Origin: Candidatus Bathyarchaeota archaeon
Lineage (GTDB): Archaea; Thermoproteota; Bathyarchaeia; Bathyarchaeales; Bathycorpusculaceae
Length of the DNA stretch: 64,000 nucleotides
Assembly (NCBI GenBank): GCA_963775465.1
Contig: CAVZIW010000010.1
Span: forward strand, 42,866-106,865
Direction: 5' to 3'
The notes under the pieces are model-generated. The model ran no database searches, had not been told where the DNA came from, and was given only the letters and a program-made list of their open reading frames with translations. The translations under genes and the position numbers were made by a program. Shown one piece after another: positions 59,295-64,000 of this stretch; the first letter of the stretch is position 1; each line of letters opens with the position of its first letter.

Positions 59295-62200
59295 ATGACG
59301 CTCAAGACGGAAGAGGCTACGAATGAAACTTCTGATCAAAGGGACGATGCATTTCCAATCGTTGGTATTGGCGCTTCCGCAGGTGGATTGGAGCCAATTA
59401 GGGAGTTGCTTGGGCACCTTCCAAGTACGTTAGGCTTATCATTTGTAATTATTCAGCATCTAGCGGCGGGGCAAGAAAGCCTACTGCCTGAGATTCTTGC
59501 AAGGTCAACCAAAATGCAAGTTGTCCAGGTCACAGATAACTTGGAAGTTATAGAGAATCATGTCTATGTTATCCCTCCTGGGACAACGATGACTTTGGAA
59601 GGCAGTTATCTAAAGCTTGTGCCAAAAGTCGCCCCGCAAAGACCGATAAACGCATTCTTTTCTTCTTTAGCTCTGGAACGGAAATCACAGGCAATCGGGA
59701 TAGTGCTTTCTGGTCTAGGTAACGATGGAACTGAAGGATTAAAAGCAATCAAAGCCGAAGGCGGAATCACCTTTGCACAAGAACCAAAAAATGCTCAATA
59801 CGCCGATATGCCCCGAAACGCTATTGACTCACAGGCAATAGATTTTGTTCTCGAACCAGAAAGAATCGCCAAAGAACTAACGATTTTAGCCAGGCAACCT
59901 AACCTAATTCATGCCAAAGCAAAGGAACTTGAGATTCAACTATCCAAGGAAGAAACGGATCTAAGAAAAATACTCATGCTTGTCAAAACTGCTTTTGGTG
60001 TAGATCTTACCCACTACAAGCAAACTACCATTAACCGTCGAATAACCCGACGTTTGGTTATCAACAAATCAAAGAACCTTCGCCAGTATGTAGATGTTTT
60101 GCGATCTGATAAAAAAGAGTTGCAGGCATTATTTAATGACTTGCTGATAGGTGTTACCAGTTTCTTTAGGGAACCAAAAACTTTTGAAATCTTAAAACAA
60201 AAAGTGTTTCCACAGATAATAAATGAAAGATCACCAACTACTGAAAAGCTCCGTTTTTGGGTTCCAGCCTGCTCAACTGGTGAAGAAGCATATTCTCTTG
60301 CAATTGCTTTTCAAGAATTTCTCCAAGATAATGACATAGTCAATGTTAACGTTCAGATATTTGGAACGGACGCGAACGAAAAAAGTATTGAGAAGGCACG
60401 TCAAGCAACTTATCCTAAAGCAATAGAAGAGGCCGTTTCTGACATCAGATTAAAGCAGTTTTTCAGCAAGTTGGATGGAAGATATCAGATTTCAAAACCA
60501 ATACGTGATATGTGTGTCTTTGCCAAGCATGATATAACCTCTGATCCGCCCTTTTCTAATTTGGATCTCATTATTTGCCGCAATTTACTAATTTATTTTG
60601 ATGTTTACCTGCAAGAAAGGGTTTTGCCCGTTCTCCATTATGGGCTAAAACCTGATGGTTTTCTAGTTTTAGGCGAATCTGAGAGCGTTGGAAAATTTCA
60701 ATACCTCTTTGAACCGCTCACCACAAAAAGCGCCATTTTCAAGAAGAAACGAGCCCAGCCACAAGCGACAATAGAAACCGGAACTTTTGTACCATATGCC
60801 ACTAAGAAAACCTACAATCCACCCCAAAAAATAGATGCAATGACTTCATTAAAGCAAGAAGTCGATAGTGAGTTAATCGAGCAGTATGCTCCTGCAACAT
60901 TGCTAACTAACAGCAATTTAGATATTCTTCTTTTTCGTGGTCAAGTTAACCCATACCTAACACATGAATCTGGTACTGCAAGCTTCAACGTTAATAAAAT
61001 TGTTAAAAAAGAGTTAAAGCCACAGGTTCAATTGGCTATTCTGAGAGCAAAAAAAGAAAACAAGGCGGCTATTGAGAGGGTTTCACTCGAAGAAAAAGAC
61101 GTCAACAGAACAGTAGAGGTCATGGTTAAACCGTTTAATGCATCGCAGTTTGATGAAACATTCCTTCTCATAAGCTTCAAAGAAATATTATGCCCTTCTG
61201 TGCCTAAAGCATCCATCGCTGAGGAAGGGCTGAAGTTTGGCGGTGAGGATTTACAGGAAAGACAAATTCGTGAGTTAACTGAAGATTTGATCTCTTCTAA
61301 GCAGACCTTACAATCTATTATTGAGTCGCATGAAGCAACAACAGAAGAGTTACGCTCAACAATAGAAGAAGCGCAATCAAGTAACGAAGCTCTACAGAGC
61401 ACCAATGAGGAATTGGAAACAGCCAAAGAGGAACTACAATCAAGCAATGAAGAATTACAAACTCTCAATGAGGAACTAAAAAACCGTAATGAATTACTAA
61501 CGACAATAAATGATGACTTGGCTAATTTGATAAAAAACGTTGACACCACTGTTGTTATCGTGGACAATAATTTTGTAATAAGGCGGGCAACCGCGTCGGC
61601 TTGGGGCGTACTTAACATTCAGCCATCAGATATTGGACACGCGATTTTTGCTACAAATATTGCAAATTTCATTAAGGACTTAGAAACCAAGCTGAATAAC
61701 GTGACTACAAACTTCACGCAAGTAGTGCAAGAAGTACCCGGACAAAATGGTTTGTACTACGAGCTTAGAATTCGACCATATTTAACTTCTAGTAAGAAAA
61801 TTGCTGGAGCCGTCTTGACCTTCGTAAACATCACCGAAAGAAAACTTCTCGAATTACAGCAAAAAGGACACACTGAGAAGCTTGAGGCGGATGTTAGAAC
61901 TCAAGAAGCCAAATTGATTGCTTCTGAACGCATGGCGGCTATTGGGAAAACCGCAGGTATGGTTGGACATGACCTTCGTAATCCTTTGCAGACGGTTGTC
62001 GGCGAGTTATACTTGGCAGGAAAGACTTTAGAGGAATTACCGGATAGTGAGCAAAAAGGAAGCCTGCATGAAAGCATAGCAACCATTACCGAACAGACGC
62101 AATACATGGATAAGATAGTTAGCGATTTACAAACTTTCGTCAAGCCAGTTGAGGCACATAAAGAAAAAGTCTATTTAAAAAAAGTAATTGATCATATTTT

Positions 62201-62591
62201 AGCTAAAATAATTACGCCAAATATTAAAATTGATGTTTCAGTGAGCAAAGATTTGGTGATCAATACCGACCTTCAATTACTCAAAAGAGTGCTCATAAAT
62301 CTTGTAACCAATGCGATTCAAGCTATGCCAAATGGAGGACAAATAACCATCAAAGCAAGGCGTGTCAATGAGGGGCAAGTGGAGATAAGCGTTGAGGATA
62401 CAGGGTTGGGTATTCCTGATGAGATTAAACCAAGGGTATTCACGCCTCTGTTTACTACTAAGGCTCAAGGCCAAGGCTTCGGTTTAGCCGTATGTAAAAG
62501 GGTAATTGAAGCTCAAGGTGGAACGATAGAATTTGAGAGCCCAGTGGGCAAAGGAGCAAAATTCACAATAAAGCTGCCAATCACTAAATGA
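59295..62591 (+). CDS. CheB methylesterase-CheR methyltransferase-PAS-histidine kinase fusion
   Basis: GASAGG, IQHL, GNDG (CheB); VTSFFR, CSTGEEAYS, CRNLLIY (CheR); STNEEL coiled coil; HDLRNPL, NAIQAM, DTGLGI, G.GFGL. Confidence 0.93.
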   Translation: MTLKTEEATNETSDQRDDAFPIVGIGASAGGLEPIRELLGHLPSTLGLSFVIIQHLAAGQESLLPEILARSTKMQVVQVTDNLEVIENHVYVIPPGTTMTLEGSYLKLVPKVAPQRPINAFFSSLALERKSQAIGIVLSGLGNDGTEGLKAIKAEGGITFAQEPKNAQYADMPRNAIDSQAIDFVLEPERIAKELTILARQPNLIHAKAKELEIQLSKEETDLRKILMLVKTAFGVDLTHYKQTTINRRITRRLVINKSKNLRQYVDVLRSDKKELQALFNDLLIGVTSFFREPKTFEILKQKVFPQIINERSPTTEKLRFWVPACSTGEEAYSLAIAFQEFLQDNDIVNVNVQIFGTDANEKSIEKARQATYPKAIEEAVSDIRLKQFFSKLDGRYQISKPIRDMCVFAKHDITSDPPFSNLDLIICRNLLIYFDVYLQERVLPVLHYGLKPDGFLVLGESESVGKFQYLFEPLTTKSAIFKKKRAQPQATIETGTFVPYATKKTYNPPQKIDAMTSLKQEVDSELIEQYAPATLLTNSNLDILLFRGQVNPYLTHESGTASFNVNKIVKKELKPQVQLAILRAKKENKAAIERVSLEEKDVNRTVEVMVKPFNASQFDETFLLISFKEILCPSVPKASIAEEGLKFGGEDLQERQIRELTEDLISSKQTLQSIIESHEATTEELRSTIEEAQSSNEALQSTNEELETAKEELQSSNEELQTLNEELKNRNELLTTINDDLANLIKNVDTTVVIVDNNFVIRRATASAWGVLNIQPSDIGHAIFATNIANFIKDLETKLNNVTTNFTQVVQEVPGQNGLYYELRIRPYLTSSKKIAGAVLTFVNITERKLLELQQKGHTEKLEADVRTQEAKLIASERMAAIGKTAGMVGHDLRNPLQTVVGELYLAGKTLEELPDSEQKGSLHESIATITEQTQYMDKIVSDLQTFVKPVEAHKEKVYLKKVIDHILAKIITPNIKIDVSVSKDLVINTDLQLLKRVLINLVTNAIQAMPNGGQITIKARRVNEGQVEISVEDTGLGIPDEIKPRVFTPLFTTKAQGQGFGLAVCKRVIEAQGGTIEFESPVGKGAKFTIKLPITK

Positions 62592-62943
62592 CTGACGCCT
62601 CATACCGCAGTTTGCTAAATGCCTTATAATTATCGCAGGATTTAACAACATAATTCTTAAATTAACAATTCTGGGGTTAGGTATATCTTTTTTATTATTG
62701 CATACTGCGATAGGGCATAATTGATTTTTCATTGAAATGACTCCACTCAACTTTATGACTGCATTGCCTCAACAACTCTTCGATTATTTGAATTACCTGT
62801 GCAAGATTGCTAAAAAACGTCAAAATGATTTTGCAGATTTAATTAGAATTAATTCGTGGATTTAATTTTATTTCTATCTATACCATCCTTAACCAATTAG
62901 TAACCATATGTTTTTTCTTGGTTCCATTCTGTAACCGTTAAAA

Positions 62944-63040
62944 GGTTGGTTGGATTAAAATTTAATCTTCTTCTCTCTCTTCAAAACTAAAAACTACTAC
63001 TTACTCTTACTATACTACTAATCCTTACACACACCCACAA
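62944..63040. repeat. Dispersed repeat (direct to 63823-63890, inverted to 47365-47440)
   Basis: GGTTGGTTGGATTAAA..TCTCTCTC..TACTAC..TTACTCTTACTATACTACTAATCCTTA..CACCCAC. Confidence 0.65.
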
Positions 63041-63162
63041 CAATACAAAATTACGCAAAAGCAAAAATGATCGTCTTCAATAGTGAGTGTAGCTATATTT
63101 GATTTTTTCAAACCTTATGCTCTTCTACTTTTCAGAGTAAACCTCCGAAGTGAAAATTGGTT

Positions 63163-63663
63163 TTAGAGAATACCTAGTGTAATGAGAACATGGAAAATTA
63201 TCACCAAGAAAAACACCATAACCAAACTTGCGTGAATAAACTTGTTAGTCTTATGGTCAATTTGATTAATTAACGGGAATCTCTCAGCAAAACCTGATAT
63301 CACCTCTAGAGTTAAGGCAATGTAAATAGCTAAACCTGTGCCCAAAGAGGGATAGAATAAGGCGGATCTTCCTAGTTGACCTGCAAAATGGATCGAGACT
63401 AGCGAAAAGAATAGAAGATTTACGTATATGTGAAACCTGAGAAGACCCTTGTACTTTTGAGGATACTGGCGCTTTAATAGCACGAATGCTGGGGTAGCGA
63501 TGGCTATGTAGCTTGTTCCAATTATAGCAAGCCAATGACTAAAACGAAGAGGACCAACAAAGAAACTTGTGTCTATCCAATGCACGAAGGCAGCGACCAT
63601 AAACAATGCTGTTGCTATGACAATCAATAATGCCACTAAGAATTCAGGGTCTTTGAATTTCAC
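63163..63663 (-). CDS. Membrane protein with His-bearing TM helices (cytochrome b-like, uncertain)
   Basis: About five TM helices with His residues (SHW, FHI, IHF, IHA, FHV). Confidence 0.6.
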   Translation of the reverse strand: MKFKDPEFLVALLIVIATALFMVAAFVHWIDTSFFVGPLRFSHWLAIIGTSYIAIATPAFVLLKRQYPQKYKGLLRFHIYVNLLFFSLVSIHFAGQLGRSALFYPSLGTGLAIYIALTLEVISGFAERFPLINQIDHKTNKFIHASLVMVFFLVIIFHVLITLGIL

Positions 63664-63822
63664 TAAAAATCCTCTACTTCACCTAGCGGATAACTGAATA
63701 TAAGAGTTCCTCAAGGGTAGGTGTAGTCAAAATTAAAAATGCGATTAATCGAGTGCGCTGTTTGGATTTGGTTTTGGTGTTTGGGTATTCAAAATTTTTC
63801 TAGTTTTTGCTGCTAATCCATG

Positions 63823-63890
63823 GGTTGGTTGGATTAAATTTTATTCTTTCTCTCTCTCAAACTCATACTACGTACTCCCAATCACCCACG
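63823..63890. repeat. Dispersed repeat copy
   Basis: GGTTGGTTGGATTAAA..TCTCTCTC..TACTAC..CACCCAC. Confidence 0.6.
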
Positions 63891-64000
63891 CCTGCTCGTG
63901 CGTGAATAATGTCTTTCACTCTGTTAGTGTCTGTTACTCGCAGAAAAAGTAAAAAGAAATAAAACATACAGATAGCAATAACATCAGAACGTTGTTTTTT

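Noticed and set aside
1-64000. CRISPR array, rRNA, IS transposase, DGR/retron reverse transcriptase
   Set aside because: No regularly spaced repeats, rRNA-like sequence, transposase or RT motifs seen by eye

Overview
Archaeal genomic window (RadA, archaeal EF-1alpha, ERCC4/XPF nuclease, Rqc2/NEMF, archaeal-type HMG-CoA synthase). The gene repertoire, especially four paralogous ~820-890 aa PQQ-like beta-propeller membrane-anchored proteins, suggests Bathyarchaeia (inference). About 1-23 kb is mostly housekeeping. From about 23 kb on it is an accessory mosaic: a tyrosine-integrase element starting at a tRNA-Pro-like 3' fragment (RHH regulators, RelE-type toxin-antitoxin pair, minimal PolX, a thermolysin-like protease + ComEC-like MBL hydrolase pair), several tRNA-fragment-linked dispersed repeats, frameshifted genes, SOD and a CheB/CheR-kinase. 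The most striking unannotated signal is a family of ~100-nt structured elements just downstream of the beta-propeller genes (28414-28516, 54985-55092, 57719-57819, partial copy 51920-52002). Each complete copy is closed by a canonical archaeal bulge-helix-bulge splicing motif with covarying pairs, and encloses a segment complementary to the GGAGA..ATG translation-initiation regions of the paralogs. This suggests a splice-released (possibly circular) antisense RNA system that cross-regulates a surface-protein family. All calls come from reading the sequence; no searches or folding programs were run.
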